Shown here: positions 1 to 14,899 of the stretch, piece after piece | Layout of the letters: every line of letters starts with the position of its first letter | How positions within the stretch are numbered: the first letter of the stretch is position 1 | Assembly (NCBI RefSeq): GCF_009914755.1 | Contig: NC_060926.1 | Length of the DNA stretch: 64,000 bases | From: the human T2T-CHM13v2.0 reference genome, Homo sapiens | Direction: 5' to 3' (one strand) | The notes under the pieces: generated by a model | What the model saw: only the letters and a program-made list of their open reading frames with translations | Told to the model about the DNA's origin: nothing | The model's database searches: none | Made by a program: the position numbers and the translations under genes

Positions 1-96
1 GAAACCTTCAGGGGAAGGCATTGTTATCTTCTGTTTACTTCCCTGTCTTCCTTACTAGGTCCTGAATTCTGAGGGCTGTGATCATATTTTATTTAT

Positions 97-344
97 CTTT
101 GGTGACTCAGTGACTATTCTAGTGCTAGCATACAGTAGGTGCTCAATAAATGCCTATGCCCATGTGAACAATCAGTAACTGACTTTGGTGACTCAGTGAC
201 TATACTAGAGCTAGCATACAGTAGGTGTTCAATAAATGTCTGTTGTGAAAATCAGTAATTGAACTTTGGTGACTCAATGACTATTCTATTGCTAGCATAC
301 AGAAGGTGCTCAATAAATGCTTCTTGCCCATGTGAACAATCAGA
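97..344 (+). repeat. Tandem triplication (81-86 bp unit) of an L2 3'-end fragment
   Basis: Units start CTTTGGTGACTCA at 97, 183 and 264; each contains the L2-tail motif CATACAG(T/A)AGGTG(C/T)TCAATAAATG. Confidence 0.85.
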
Positions 345-2048
345 ATAACAGTGGTCTCTTACTCTTGCACCATCAATGACCAGCTTAAGGAGGAACCTGT
401 TTTAGATCCTTTGTTGAGACTTGGTTTAACTTCCTCTTTTCAAGCATCTCTTTACTTCTAAGTGAGCTGCATGGCCAGTCAGGCCCTTGGTACCTGCCAG
501 AGCCCGGAACTAGTACTGGTGATGCTGATGCCCAAGAGACTCTCATGTCTGGGAATGCTTTAAAATGGCCACCCCTTGGGCATGCATCAACTAACTGTGC
601 CTGAAAAGCAGCTTTTTCAATTAAACATTTTCCTTCTGATCAGAGATCCACTTTGAAGACTTTTAAATTTGGCTTAAAGTGAGGATTAAGGGACTAAGTT
701 AGGCATGGAGCACCACCTTTGCCTCTGTACCCTGGAGAGCCCTCATCAGGACCCTTGACTCTGTGAGAAGAATGGGGAAGCCACTCCAGTCCCAGAACTA
801 TTTTTTTTTTTTTCCTTTTATCTGGGAAAGGGAGATGAGTGACCCTAATGCCAGAACTTTAGCAGAGAGAAACCTTCCATTCAGCATTAGATTCGAAGGG
901 ACATGTTCATGGTCCAGTTGAAAGAGCCTAAAGCACCATCCCATATGGAGGCAGGGAGGAGAGGACTTGAAGGTGGAGGCTTGGCTCAGACATCCTTGGA
1001 AGCCTTCTTTACTCTCTGCAGTAGAACAGATTTTTGATTCCTTTTCTTCCTGCCCTACCTTCCTGAATTTCCTATCATATTTGGACTCAGGAAAGTGTAC
1101 TGTATTTGTGACAAAAATAACGCCTTGCATTGCCAAGGACTTAACTCTTCAATGTGCTTCCCAATCTTTGATTTCATTTGCCTGTCATGAGAGGTGGCAG
1201 GACAGTTTTGTTGACATCGTTTTAGACACGTGGGAGTGATGGCACAGGGAGGGGAAGAGACGAACGTAGAGTCCTGCAGGTAGCTGGGGACAGAGCTCAG
1301 GCTGGGATTCAGGCTTCTGACTCTTGGTCCAGAGATTTTTGCAGCCTGTTTCAGGTTTTATAAGGTGGGTTCCTGCACATACATACCATGCGCCAGGATT
1401 TAAATACGTACTCTCTTAATTCTCCCTTCTCTGAGAGATGGGTGCTCTATCTTTCCCACTCGATAGACGAGGGAGTCAAGCAGACATCCCTGTCTCAATC
1501 AGGCGAACTTTCTCTCCTGCAAGACCAAGCTCAAATGTGACTCCTTAAGATTCTCTCTCCTAATTTTCCCCACAGTGATGGCAGCTCCTCCTTCATTCTT
1601 CTTTAGAACGTCTTTGTCTCTCCTCAATTGCATGCATCCTATGGGATCATAATTGTTTGGCCTATGAGTGGTTTCAGGGTATCATTTCTTTTTGTGACAG
1701 GATTCAACACTGGGTAATGATATTCTTTCTTTTTCCTTTGCAATTTCATCTAAAGTTTTGTTTCCTTGGGGTCCTCTGGAGTAAAAGAAAGCATATGATA
1801 CATCAGGGCACATTTGACAGATGTAAGTGATTATACTAATAGTGGGATTATTTCCCAACGTGTCTAATGTATTCAGACTTATTTCAAATGAATTGAGTTT
1901 AAAACCCATCCCTAAAAATGAAATGAGATCTTTAAGTTGTTCCTACCTACCTCCTTCTTTTATCTGGATTTTAAAACCTTTTTGTTTTTAATATGAGAAT
2001 ATTGTATTGCCTGTAATTTACTTTAAAATACTTTGACACAGATTGCCT

Positions 2049-2120
2049 TATATATATATTTATATGCATATACATCATATGCATATATACACACACACAC
2101 ATATATATACACACACATAT
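2049..2120. repeat. Mixed (TA)n/(CA)n simple repeat
   Basis: Directly visible. Confidence 0.85.
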
Positions 2121-4074
2121 GCAATTCTGTGCATGTACAAATGCAACTCATGTTGGCACATGTGATGTGTGTGTGTTTGTGTGTAGATTTATTTTGCTCT
2201 ATATCCTAGGGAAAGTCTGTTGCCCTAAAAGGGAACATACACTTTTGGGGTAGGTATTTAGTGTTTTGAAAGCTTCTAATCAGAAACTCACACTTCAGAG
2301 ATAGACTTTAGCTATCTTTATATCTAACCAATACCAGAGGCTTTGTTATTTTTCACAGGTGAAAAAAGTGGTGTTCAAATCTATTGATTGGCCAGAAATA
2401 TTGCAGAGGTCCTCTACTCTTGTATATATGGGCCATAGAAATCTGGTCTCGTAGTCTATACCTTTCAGGTATGGTGCCTGAGACTACATTCTGAAATGAC
2501 CTTAAGCCCAGTCATTGATCAGATAATTTTGGTCTCATAAATCTAATTGTAAGGTCAGCTGAAACCTGCTGCTAGATGATTGTTAGGTTTGCCTTTGGTG
2601 AACTTCAGACTTCCTACAAGGGCAGAAAGCTGGAACTTCTTCAAACTTGCAGACTAGATTATATGATTGTTTGGGGGCCTGCTTGCTAAATGAATAAATG
2701 TATATGTGGCAGAATTCAGCCTAGACTTAATTTCATTGTTATCAAATGGTGAGGGGAGGGATCTGTAGACTCCAACCACTTCTAACTCTTGGATGCCATC
2801 CATGTTTACTAGGAAGAACATAAAAATTGCTAACAGTTATTATGTACCAAATTGGCTTAGGTACAATCACAAGATTATGGAGTAACTGAGTTCCCTCTTT
2901 TAGAGTGGGCTTTGACCCATTAGATTACTTTAGTTCCATTTTCATGATATTCAAGGACCAGCCTTCTCAATTTTGCAAGGGAGGCTAATAAAGTGTCTTC
3001 TAAGCAAACAACAATAAGAGCTCCACACCTTTAATAATGTCTTTGCTTACTCTCATCATACCTCCTAAATTTAGTTTTAAAAATGCAGTGGGGCCACAGA
3101 TGAAATGGATGTCCATGTGACAAGCACTTTTCTTTCCAGAGAGGCGGGATCACTAGGCAGTGTGCAAAAACACAGTAACCATGGCGGCACTACTATCAAT
3201 CCAAGACCACGGGGGAGACTCTTCAACATTTTTTTTTTTTTTTTTAGCACATTTTGCCGCATGAGGCCTGTTAGGATTGAGGGGAAAATGATTGCTGCAG
3301 ATATTCTGGGACTCATGAGAATCCATGGAGGCTCAGGATGGGACGGTCAGTTGGGCAAATCCTACCTTGCCAAGATAGGGTTTTCTCTCATTTCCAGTTT
3401 TGGAGGATACAGTTTTAAAAATACAGTACAATAACAACTTGACAAAAAGAGCTTATACATAGAAGGGAACTCTGGAATGAAATACCCTAACTGTTAATTA
3501 TATTTGTCTTTGGATGATGGAAATACATATCATATTTTTCACTCAGTTTTTGTTTTTTCCCCAAATCATTTTAGTGTCTGATGCTATTATTTTGGGACAT
3601 TCAGCATAGCGTTCTTCAGCTTTGAGTGGATTCAGAGTCCTCTATCTGAGCTCTGATCTGACCACAGGATGAGAGCAACCCAGGCTGACCCCTTGGGTAT
3701 TGGAGGGTCTTTTATAGGAGGGAAGAGCCCAGAGAGAGAAGAAATAGATTTTCTCAGAGAGGTGGAGGCTTGAATCATCTTAATTTCCTGTTGGAAGTGA
3801 TGTGATCTTGTTTTATACCTGAAGCTTCTAAAACAGGTCATGTTGGTCATGGAGGCATTTTTCCATGTCATTATATACTTTTCATGAATATATATATATG
3901 TTAAAGTTCCATCGTGTAAACACAATCACTAAAGTTAAATGTTACATACTATGTCATTTAATAGCTATGTTATTGTTTAATTAATTATATTCCTGTAGCT
4001 GGAAACTGAAATCCCTTTCTTTTTTTATTATATATTATGATGAAGATGATTATTCATACAGCTTTTTTGTCTTT

Positions 4075-4240
4075 GATAATAATAATGTTGGTTAGTACTT
4101 ATAGAGACCTTTCTATGTGTTGGATTTTGTGCTAAGCATTTTGCATTCTTTTATGTAATCCTTACCACCACTCTATGATTAGATATAATTATTCTGGCCG
4201 TTGTACAGATGAGAAAATAAAAACTTACCCCAGGGTTGTA
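4075..4240 (-). mobile_element. MIR SINE fragment
   Basis: TGTGCTAAGCATTTT...TAATCCTTACCACCACTCTATGA...TACAGATGAGAAAA resembles the reverse-strand MIR core. Confidence 0.7.
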
Positions 4241-4489
4241 GCCAGCCTTCTTACACTGTAGCCAACACTACGTTGCCATTTATGCAGTCTTCTACCAACA
4301 CTGGATGTTGTCCATGTTTTTACTTTTGCCTTTTATCAAATATTTTCCCATCTCAACTAACAGACGTCCACAAAAGCATTCCTAATGGAAACACACTATT
4401 CTAAAATGGGGTCAACAACTCTCTCATCAGATGTTTAGATCATTTCAATAGTTTGTCATTTAGTCCTTCACAAAACTTAGTTTTATTAC

Positions 4490-4800
4490 TATTTTTCCTC
4501 AATTGCTTTTAGGGAAGCAGCACCAGTGTCAACTCCCACCAGCAGTCTAGGAGAATGCAGCTTCTCTATGATTACAATTTTTAAGAATTGACTGCCAGTA
4601 TGATAGGTGGAAAATGAGATTTCATGATTTAAACAGCATTTCTTTGATCATCAGAAAAGCAGCATGTTTTTCACAGTGTATTGGGCTCGTGTACTTCTTC
4701 TTTGTGAATTGCCATAATGGAGTTTGTTCTTTTGCTATTAGTGTGATCATCTTTTTCTTATTGACACATAGGAACTTTTTATATATGAAGAACACACATT
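4490..4800 (-). mobile_element. Old L1 (L1ME-like) fragment
   Basis: CTCCCACCAGCAGT...GCATTTCTTTGAT...TTCTTCTTTGTGAATTGCC typical of antisense L1M ORF2 3' region. Confidence 0.6.
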
Positions 4801-5236
4801 TAATTTTAAATAAGTTTATAGTTAAAAGGAAACGTGATTAACATGCAAAGAAAGTACAAACAACAGTGTCTTGGCTGGTCTCTAGTCTTGTTCTTCTCTA
4901 ACTCCCTGTCTGTGTGGAAGAAAAAAAATGCAAGTCTGATTAAGCCATTCTCCCTTTAATAGCTCCCAGTTACATTTAGGAGCAACTCCCAAAAGGAGGG
5001 TATGGAGCTTTTATGATGATCCTGCTTGACTCTCCAGACTCGGTTTTCTAATCCCCTGTATCTAATTCTAAGAGCCATTCATACTGCATTACTTTCAGTT
5101 TTCAGGAAGTGCCAAGCTCTCTCTTTGGGGCCTTTAGCATGTGCTGTATCCTCTGCCTGGAACTCTCTTCCAATTCTTTTTTCTTGTAATGACTACTCAT
5201 ACCTCAGGTCTGGATTGGATACCCCTTCCTTTAAAC

Positions 5237-5449
5237 CAGTGGTTCTCAACCAGGGATGATTTTTGTTCCCAGGGGACATTTGGCAATGTCTAGAGACATT
5301 TTTGGTCATCATGCTGGAGGCGAGTTATGCTACTAACAGCTGGTAGAGGCCAGGGATGGTGCTGGATGTTCCTCAGCCCCCAGGACAGCCCTCCACAACA
5401 AAGAATTATCTGGCCCCAAATGTCAAGAGTGAGAGTTTGAGGAGCCCTG
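5237..5449 (+). mobile_element. MER20 (hAT-Charlie DNA transposon), within L2-like sequence
   Basis: CAGTGGTTCTCAACC...GGGGACATTTGGCAATGTCTAGAGACATTTTTGG...ACAACAAAGAATTATCTGGCCCCAAATGTCAA...CCCTG. Confidence 0.9.
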
Positions 5450-5724
5450 GTCTAGATCTTAACGGTCTTTACCAACCCTCCCATCCACTCCCCACTACGT
5501 ATACATACACATATTACATATGCTGTAACCACATAGATCCATATGCTATTCTAAGACTGGTTTGGTGTCTCTCCTGGGGCCTCCCAGGACCACCCTATGC
5601 TTACAGCTTTCACAGTTCTACTACCCTGTATTATAACTGTCTTCTAGGCTAGAAGCTTCCTGAGAGAAGGAGCGTGTTTTGTAACCCCAGAGCCCAGATT
5701 AGGGTCAGAATATATGATTGTCAG

Positions 5725-5935
5725 AAGCAGTATAGCATAGTATGGACTAAAGAGACAGAGGGCTGAGATGTGAATCCAAGACTCTGCTACTTACTAGCTG
5801 TGTGACCTTGGACAAATTACTAACCTCTCTGTGCCTCTATTTGCTCTTCTGTAAAATGAGGATATTAATAGTACCTACCACATAGCATTATTAGGAAGAA
5901 TACATGGGCTAATATTCATAAGCTGCTTAGAGAAC
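5725..5935 (+). mobile_element. MIR SINE
   Basis: CTACTTACTAGCTGTGTGACCTTGGACAAATTACTAACCTCTCTGTGCCTC...CTGTAAAATGAGGATA core. Confidence 0.9.
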
Positions 5936-8900
5936 TAAGCTCTATGTAAGAGTTAAATAAAGGAATGATAATGGAATAAGCATTTAATCCATGCTTGTCG
6001 ATACATGACGGGTGTAGGCCTCACTCTGGGTTCAGCCCTGTCTCACTCAGCATGTGGTAATTTTTGCCAACAATTTAAAAAGTTTCTTCGTAGTTCTTAA
6101 TTTTCCTTGGCTCACATTATATCTTTAACTATCTCTGTAGTCACCAGCTGTTAATTCTCCTAAAAATATGTCCCTGTTTCTATTGTGTAAAGAGACAAAT
6201 GAGAGTGAGCCACCCATCCGATCACAAACACACACCCCCCACCTTGGAAACAACTTTCTTTTCAATAAAATGCACCTCTGGTTCCAAGTTTTGTGTGTGG
6301 CATACACCATGGAGACACTTGTACAAGTGAATCTCTTTAGAAAGAGAGATTTACGCCAGGTACGTGGAACACAGTCTGAGCAGCACTGCACACCGTATCA
6401 AATCAGGGTGTGCTGTTACATATTTCAAGTTAATTTGACGTTGGAGCAAACAAAGTGTGTTTATAGAATAATTAGGCCTTATTCTCAATGCTGTGGCTAA
6501 AAAGTTTTGTCACAATTACTGATCAGTGGTTTTCTTTGTTTTTGAAATTCCATAGCAATACACAAAAATAAAGCTGTTGTGACTACACTAGTACTTATGT
6601 AATTCCAGTATCCTGTAGGAAGAGTACCTGGGGATGAAATCAACAAGTTCTTAGTGGAATCTTCTCATTTCTTAGAATGTAATGTGGTTGGATGTTTGGA
6701 AATTGGTACGAAAGGGGAGAATCCTTTGTAAGCGTGGTCCAGTCTTCTGAAATAGCTGTAAAATGTATGCTCCTGCTCATCCTTTGCATGTAGGTGCATC
6801 TGCCTTATATGTTGTGGCTTTGTTTCCTTGCCATGGGGGAGAATTGGTTCAAGGTCTTGTGAAATGAATGCTTCCATCCAGATCAGCAACAGGAAACTTG
6901 ACATGAGAAAACAAACTGTGGGCATGCCATACTGAGTCAATTTTTTAAAAGAATTTTTTCTTTCAAGGAAGCTCATTAAGCTCCCTAAAATAGTGTACTT
7001 AATCATATATACAATAGAGGGGCCCTTTCATGGAGGTGCCACTCAATGCCTGGAAGATATGTCTAGGAGAGGGGGCCTTCAGGAGGCTGAAGGTATGCTG
7101 GAGGGGTAGAGGTGGAGAGCCCCTCTGAGCAATCTCCCTGAAGTCGTTCCCACCCACTGGAGAGGCCTTTTTCTTTTTCTTTTTTGAAATTTAACTTTTA
7201 TTTTAGAAACCATAAAAGTAATTACGTTGTGCTCTTTTGAAGTTCATGAGCATACATGTCAGATCTTTCTCTTGCACATTGCATGTCATTCCCCCTCCTC
7301 CTTAGCAAGGCAAAACCTCCCAGCTGTGGTGGTGCAGACCAGGGACCCCATTCTCAACACCTGCCGTGCTAGTAACACAGGTGGGGGCAGAGCAGATGGA
7401 TGCCAGGATGTCAGGGTCAAAGTGAGGACAAAGGGAGAAGAGCATGGCTGTTGAAGGGATGGAGCAGGATCGGGGTTGGGTACAGGGAGGCAGTACAGCA
7501 GACACCAGGTGTCAGCGCTGGTGTCAGATGTTGCTCTTGTAGGAAGCCAGCCTGTGCCTGATTCTCCAAGGCAGGAGCCAGTGCAGGGCCTGGGTAACTC
7601 AGAGCATGCAGGGGAGAGTAGGCAGGTGGCTGCCCAGAAGAGTTAGGAGGGCAGGGCCACCACCTGCCAGCCCATAGTGTTCCCACTGAAGAGGTCTTAA
7701 GGCTGATCTAATTCTTCTGGGACCCCCGTCTCCTCAGTTACTTTCTTAGGATATTCTGGTGTTTTTGCTGGGTCCTTCTACAAAGAACTTGTGTCCCTCC
7801 TGGTCTCCTTTAGAGTGAGGTGTAGATCACAGTCCTTAATTCTTAGAATTAGTGTCAGTTTCATCTCTCTTCCACCTAACCCCAATCCCCCTTGACCTTG
7901 GCGTACAGCATCCTGTTTCCCTGTGGTGTCTTGGTATCCTGAACCTCTCACTACTCATTTGATAACCTTGGGTGATAGTGGGCGCTGTGTGGCTGTCAAA
8001 CTCTGGAGTCTGCTGCTAAGTGTTATTGTAATTTATCTTCATCTAAATTCCTCGTAGCGCAGCTTTTGAAACATGAGATTGTCTTATTAAGAGGTACTTA
8101 TTGTAAAGTAGAGTGAGCTGCACCTTTGATGAAGACAGAAGAGGCCAAGTTTGATGGGTTGGACATCGCTAGACAAAGACAGTAATTAATGACTTAATTG
8201 CCTCTTCACCCTTCCCTTAAAAAAAAAAAAAAAGTTTTTCTTCTTTTCCTTTAAAACTCACCAGGCTGGAAAGTAGAATTCCCAATGCTATTTTATAGTT
8301 TGGTTGTTTTTTTAAAAGACAAATGAAAAATAAATCAGAACACAATTTTTCTATTACATTTTCCTGTAACAACTTCCTCACTTTCTAGAATCATTGTCTA
8401 TTGATTTTACCTTTAGTGGCTTTAGAAGTTGCAGCTATCTGTTTGTGGAGAGTTCAGTACCTCATATGGATTTCCTCGTGTTAGTTTAAATGCTGATAAG
8501 ATACGTGGCAAATTAATGAAATAAAAATAGCTTTGTCAATAAACAGAAGCGAAACCACTTTCAACATTTGTTCAGTACTCATTGCTTTTCAGGGCCCAGA
8601 CAAAATTAGTGGGTAGGATTAAAGAATATATTCGTCTTTTATCCCATGTTTGAGTACTTGATCACAGAGGCATGGTTTAATCCAAACATCAATAGCACCT
8701 CGTCAATTCCGTCAGAGACAGCTGTCAAAGTGGACTTTGGGTTTGTTAGAGCTTTGTGTTTTATCCTTTTTTAAGGTCATGGAGTATTTTCTTTGATTTT
8801 TGATGCTGAAATCTTCCTTAATCTTCTAAACTTGGGAAACATCTGTTAAGATTTAATGGGATGGCTTTTGTCTTAAAATTAGAGCCAATCTTGCAAATCT

Positions 8901-9668
8901 TTCCACCTCCCTTCTCTTCCCAGCCCCCAATTAGGAAAATGGGGAGTGGGGGCAGAGGAAATGAAGCCCAGGTTCTTCATCGGATGGAAGTTCTCTGGTC
9001 AGTGTGTGAGTGTTAGAATGAATCTTAGGCCAGGAATGACGCTTTTGAGGGCTGAATGCTGTGAACCCAGTGTTCAATTTTATTTTGTTTCCTAGTGACA
9101 TTAGCAATTTCTCTGTAGCGTGTCACTTAGTCTGGGATCTGAGTGGCAGATTTATGGGTCCTATTGAATAATGAAACAAAAATGATGTAAGGAAGAGAAA
9201 CGGCTGGAAATAGGAATTTTAACCTTTCCCTGTAAACCTCCTTGTTACTGGATTGCATGGTGTCAACAAAATTTAGTAGTTAAAATAGTTGGAGGTACAG
9301 TAACAGCCTCTAAAAATACATGCCTCCAAATATGTACAGACAGCTGTCATGTCTGTTGACAGAATATATTAGTCATTATCCTCATCAGTAGACACAAAAT
9401 CATTGCAGTTTTCCTAATGTAGGTGCTTCAAAGCACATAATTGCTAGTGATTTTGGAGGTCCTTGGATAAAGTCACTGCCATTGTAATCATGGTGTTTTC
9501 ATTTAGCTTGCTTTTTATATTCTTAACCTGGATGTTAACAACTCAGCCAGAGCTCTTCACAGGGAAGTATTAAAGTATTCCCACTTACTGCTTCAGACAC
9601 ATTCCCACCTACCCTTGGCATGAAAGTCTGGACTAGAAACTTCTATTCTGAATAAAGAAGGCGATCAA

Positions 9669-9960
9669 GACTGGGCACAGTGGTTCAAGCCTGTAATCCC
9701 AGCACTTTGGGAGGCCAAGATGGGTGGATCATCTGAGGTGGGGAGTTTGAAACCAGCCTGACCAATGTGATGAAACCCCATCTCTACTAAAAATACAAAA
9801 CTTAGCTGGGCTGTGGTGGTGCATGCCTGTAATCCCAGCTACTGGGGAGGCTGAGGCAGGAGAATCACCTGAACCCGGGATGCGGAGGTTGCAGTGAGCC
9901 CACTCCAGCCTGAGCAACAGAGGGAGACCCTATCTCCAAAAAAAAAAAAAAAAAAAAAAA
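9669..9960 (+). mobile_element. AluS with a small deletion in the right arm
   Basis: Dimeric Alu with poly-A tail; about 15 bp missing after GCAGTGAGCC; flanks AAGGCGATCAAGA / AAGGTGATCAAGA (TSD). Confidence 0.95.
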
Positions 9961-10119
9961 GGTGATCAAGACCTTTCACACGAGAGATGCCCATATTCCA
10001 ATCTGAAGCTTCTATGAATGTAGTATTAGAAAAACGTGTCTAATTCCTGAAAACTGGATGAATACCACCATCTGAGGATTTCTTGTCCTTTTTAAAAAGC
10101 AGGAAGGAGCCCCCACTGC

Positions 10120-10310
10120 AGAGCATGTGGGAGGCAGAGCCTGGACAGGGGTTTTGGGATTCAAAGCCAATTCAATGCCACATTTAGGAGCCAAGCATTT
10201 TCTGAGCCTCAGATTTTTAGTGGAAAATGGGAGTGATCATAACTACCTTATAGCATTGTGCAGACATGTCATGAGAGCACCGAAAATGTGCCTGTTATAC
10301 AATAGGTGAT
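10120..10310 (+). mobile_element. MIR fragment
   Basis: TCTGAGCCTCAGATTT...AAAATGGGAGTGATCATAACTACCT. Confidence 0.6.
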
Positions 10311-10594
10311 TGAAAAACTTTGGCTTCATTGCTTTCCTTCCCTATTCTCTTTGTATCTTCCCTCCACTGAAGTCTTACCACCCTCCTCTCCCCACCTTCA
10401 CACAAGCATGCATCCCTGTCTGTTTTCATTTAAAGGCTTCCAGATTTAGTTATGGTACCAAGTAAATCTGGTACCAGATTTACTTATGAAATGGGAATAG
10501 AATGACAACCTCAGCTTCTTCTCCCCTATCCTCGGCTGTTCTCCAATTTGGCAAGATCAAGAATTCTCATTGTTATAAACAAGAGCAAAATATT

Positions 10595-10800
10595 AAAAGT
10601 TATGAATACTGTATCAGGCACTGTATGAAGTGTTTATATGTAAAATCACATTTAATCCTCACAATGACCCTCTGAAATAGGTACAATTCTCATCCACATT
10701 TCACAGGGGAAGAAACTGAGGCTCAGAAAGGTTGAATCGCTTGCCCACGATCACACAGCTGAGAGTAGTGGAGCCAGGCCTTGACCCAGGCAGCCTGTCC
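10595..10800 (-). mobile_element. MIR SINE
   Basis: CATTTAATCCTCACAATGACCCT...GAAACTGAGGCTCAGAAAGGTTGAATCGCTTGCCCACGATCACACAGCT. Confidence 0.9.
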
Positions 10801-12610
10801 CCAGAAGCAGCAGGAACAGCATGCTCAGAGAGCAAGGCAGCCCCAGGGTCAGGCAGGGGCTGGAGGACCCCTTGGCTGCATCCTTTCTGATGTGGTAGGC
10901 AGCATTTCCCAGAGACTCAGTCCTCAAGGCCGGGAGGAAGGCCTCCCACACAGCCGAGGTGGAGCAAGGGCAGCCCTTCTGGGAGGGCATGCTGCTGTTC
11001 ATAATATGAGAGTGGGGTCCTGTCAAGGGTTGTTGTTTTTCCCCCTCTGCCTCTTCCTCCCACTTCTGACAAGGTTTTCAATTAGCAGCTTGTAGAGGCC
11101 CAGCCTGTGGTCCCCATTTCAAGCTACATGCATAACTGAATTCCCCAGGAGGGGATTAAAGGGCAGAGGAAGGTGGGGGGTGGAGGCTGAGGCCCCTTGA
11201 ATGGGAGGACTGAAATGTGCTGTGGGTATGGGCTGAAAGCAACACCTTGCCTTGTTTAAACTTGAGTGGGGCCAGGGGTCACCTGGGAGGTGACTCTCAC
11301 AGGGATGAAAGGGGAGATGGCTGCGGCAGCAGGATATAGGGCCCCTGGGCCGGTGGTTGGGCCTCCCTGCCTCGTGTCTGGTTTCTGGTGGGATGGATAC
11401 AGAAACTGGTGCAGGGAACTGCTCAAGCCTGTTGGTGCTTAGGAAGAAGGAACTTGCTCTCCATTTTGGGAGGTGAATGAAGCTCCCAGCTCCCTGATGG
11501 CTTTTCCCCATGGGAGGCCTTGGTCATCTTGAGCCTAGGTTGTGTGTTTAATGCCTGGGCTACTTTGAGCCAGTGCTCTCTCCTCTCTGTCCAGGGCAGG
11601 GAGGATACCACTGTTCTGCAGGCGTTTCTGATGGCTGCTTCCTCTTCACTGCCAGGCTAGGTCTACACTTCATCCGGTAGCCACACTGACTTTCTTTTTA
11701 TCTTTTGAAAGCAGGATCATTGTTTTAAGGAGGGAAAAAGTCAAGATGTTCATGCTCCCCAACACACATGATATGCATTTGCCACCTCCAGCACGGAGCT
11801 TGTGATCCACCTGAAAATGAGGGCTTGTCCTGTGGAATGACAGCAATGTGCTGTGGTCCACACTGGAAGGAATGTCTTGTTTGAACTTTTATGGGGCCAG
11901 CAGTCATCTGAAAAATATGATGGCTCAAAGCCAAATGCTGTGTTCTATCATAGAGGGGTAAAGAGGATTTCTAAAAGAGGTTGCGAGTGGCCTTTAAATA
12001 CCCAGTATGGGGTTGATGTCCCTTTCTTGTGATCCCCAGACACAGTTTGCTCTTGAGAGGACTGATGGCCTGGGATATGTTATTGATGGTCCTGAAAGGG
12101 ATCTGCGTTTGAATAGGTCAGAGAAGATGTTCTGGAAGTCTGGAGACTGGGATACGCTCCCTTCCCTACAGGTTCGAGAGGGCTCTGAGGAGCAGTTATA
12201 GACATGTAATGAGGATCCAGGCTCCAGATCTGTTCTGTGGGAGAAAAAAGTGAGGAAAGTGAGTTTCTGGATAAATCATGGTGATCCTTGAATTTGAAGT
12301 TGTCCCCAAAGTTTATCCTCCTCATCAGAGCATATGATCATAGCTTCTGTTTTTTCTGTATTTTCCTTTTCTTCCCCTGCCTTGTTTCCCTCCCCACCTC
12401 ACCACCCACCCCCTCTGCAGCCTCCCTGCCTCCCTCCCGCAAACACATTTTTTTTCCCAGCCAAGTGCTTGTTGAGGGCTGTGTGGGGGAACTAGCTCCC
12501 CACAAGACAGAGGAACATGTGAAAACAGGACCCTGATGAAGCTGGACTCAGGGCCACCCACTGCCAACATTTTCTAGGTGAACAAGAGTGAATTACAAAT
12601 GCAGGCTGGA

Positions 12611-13478
<868 letters not shown>

Positions 13479-13814
13479 TTAGTCTGGTCCGTAATGGTGT
13501 AAAGTGGCCTTGACTGTTGAGCCTCCCTAAATAATGCCCTATCTGTTTGATACTTCAACAGTCCGTCGGAGTTGTATATATGTTTCACTTTCTAATATTC
13601 GAAGCTGAATTGGATTTCATTGTTAATAGATGGGAAATTGTTTCTAAAAACAACCTCATCTTGCTTTGAAAGTTAGCCAGAGTTCAGAGGGCCCCTGCAT
13701 TTTAACGGGTGATCTATGTTTTCTCTGGGAAAATCATAGAGCACTTCTGTGTTTTTGTATGCATGTTACTCACTCTGCAGCTTTTTAAAGGGATTCATCT
13801 GAACATATGCCACT

Positions 13815-13975
13815 TTAAAAAGCTTTTTATTAAAATATAATGTACATATAGATAAGACAGCACATATAATAAGCATACAGTGAATTTTAATGAACTCAAT
13901 ACATTGTAGCAACTGGCCCCAGATTAAGAAATAGAACATCATCAGCACCCCAAAAGCCCCCTCATGCCTCTCTAT
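13815..13975 (-). mobile_element. L1ME-like 3' end
   Basis: TTTTTATTAAAATATAATGTACATA...CAGATTAAGAAATAGAACATCATCAGCACCCCAAAAGCCCCCTCATGCC. Confidence 0.75.
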
Positions 13976-14353
13976 GGGAACATATACTATTTTAAATTTC
14001 TCTTATTTATAATTTATTCAAGGTTTTCTGTATTGCACCTTATTCTGTTTTTCTCAATGGTGTAACATTCCCTGAATCATCATATACAAATAAGGGAAAA
14101 GAACTTGTCTGATCTGCTGGGTCATAATAAACAGTACCTATCTAGAATCCTTCAATATGGCATTGTAATGTCCTATGGAGCTTTGTAAATTCATCAATAT
14201 CTTGCCAAAATGGAGTTCATTTTTATAAGAATCCCTCTAGGTGCTCAAAGCTTGCTTCTTTATCTATTAGACACAAGAAAAGCCTGGTTTCACAGATGAG
14301 TCTAAATAGCATTGGTCTACCTAGCTCACATCCTAGTTTTGTGAAATACTATC

Positions 14354-14665
<312 letters not shown>

Positions 14666-14899
14666 CTTGTTTTGTGAAATACTATCAAACCCACTTTATG
14701 AATGTTAAGTAATTAAGTCCTTCGGGGTAGAGAAAATAGTGGTGGAAGAAAGTTATTCATTGCAAACATTTTTGCTCAGAGGCTTTTGGAAGTAAATAGG
14801 TTCTCCTCCCCAGTCCAGCTATATTTCAAAAGGAATCTTGTTCGAAGCCCTATAATTGGACTTCTCCCCTCCTTTTTAAAAGTAGTTCAATTTCTTTCT

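Noticed and set aside
97-344. Regularly spaced repeats resembling a CRISPR array
   Set aside because: Whole units are duplicated with no unique spacers; L2-derived, eukaryotic context, no cas genes.
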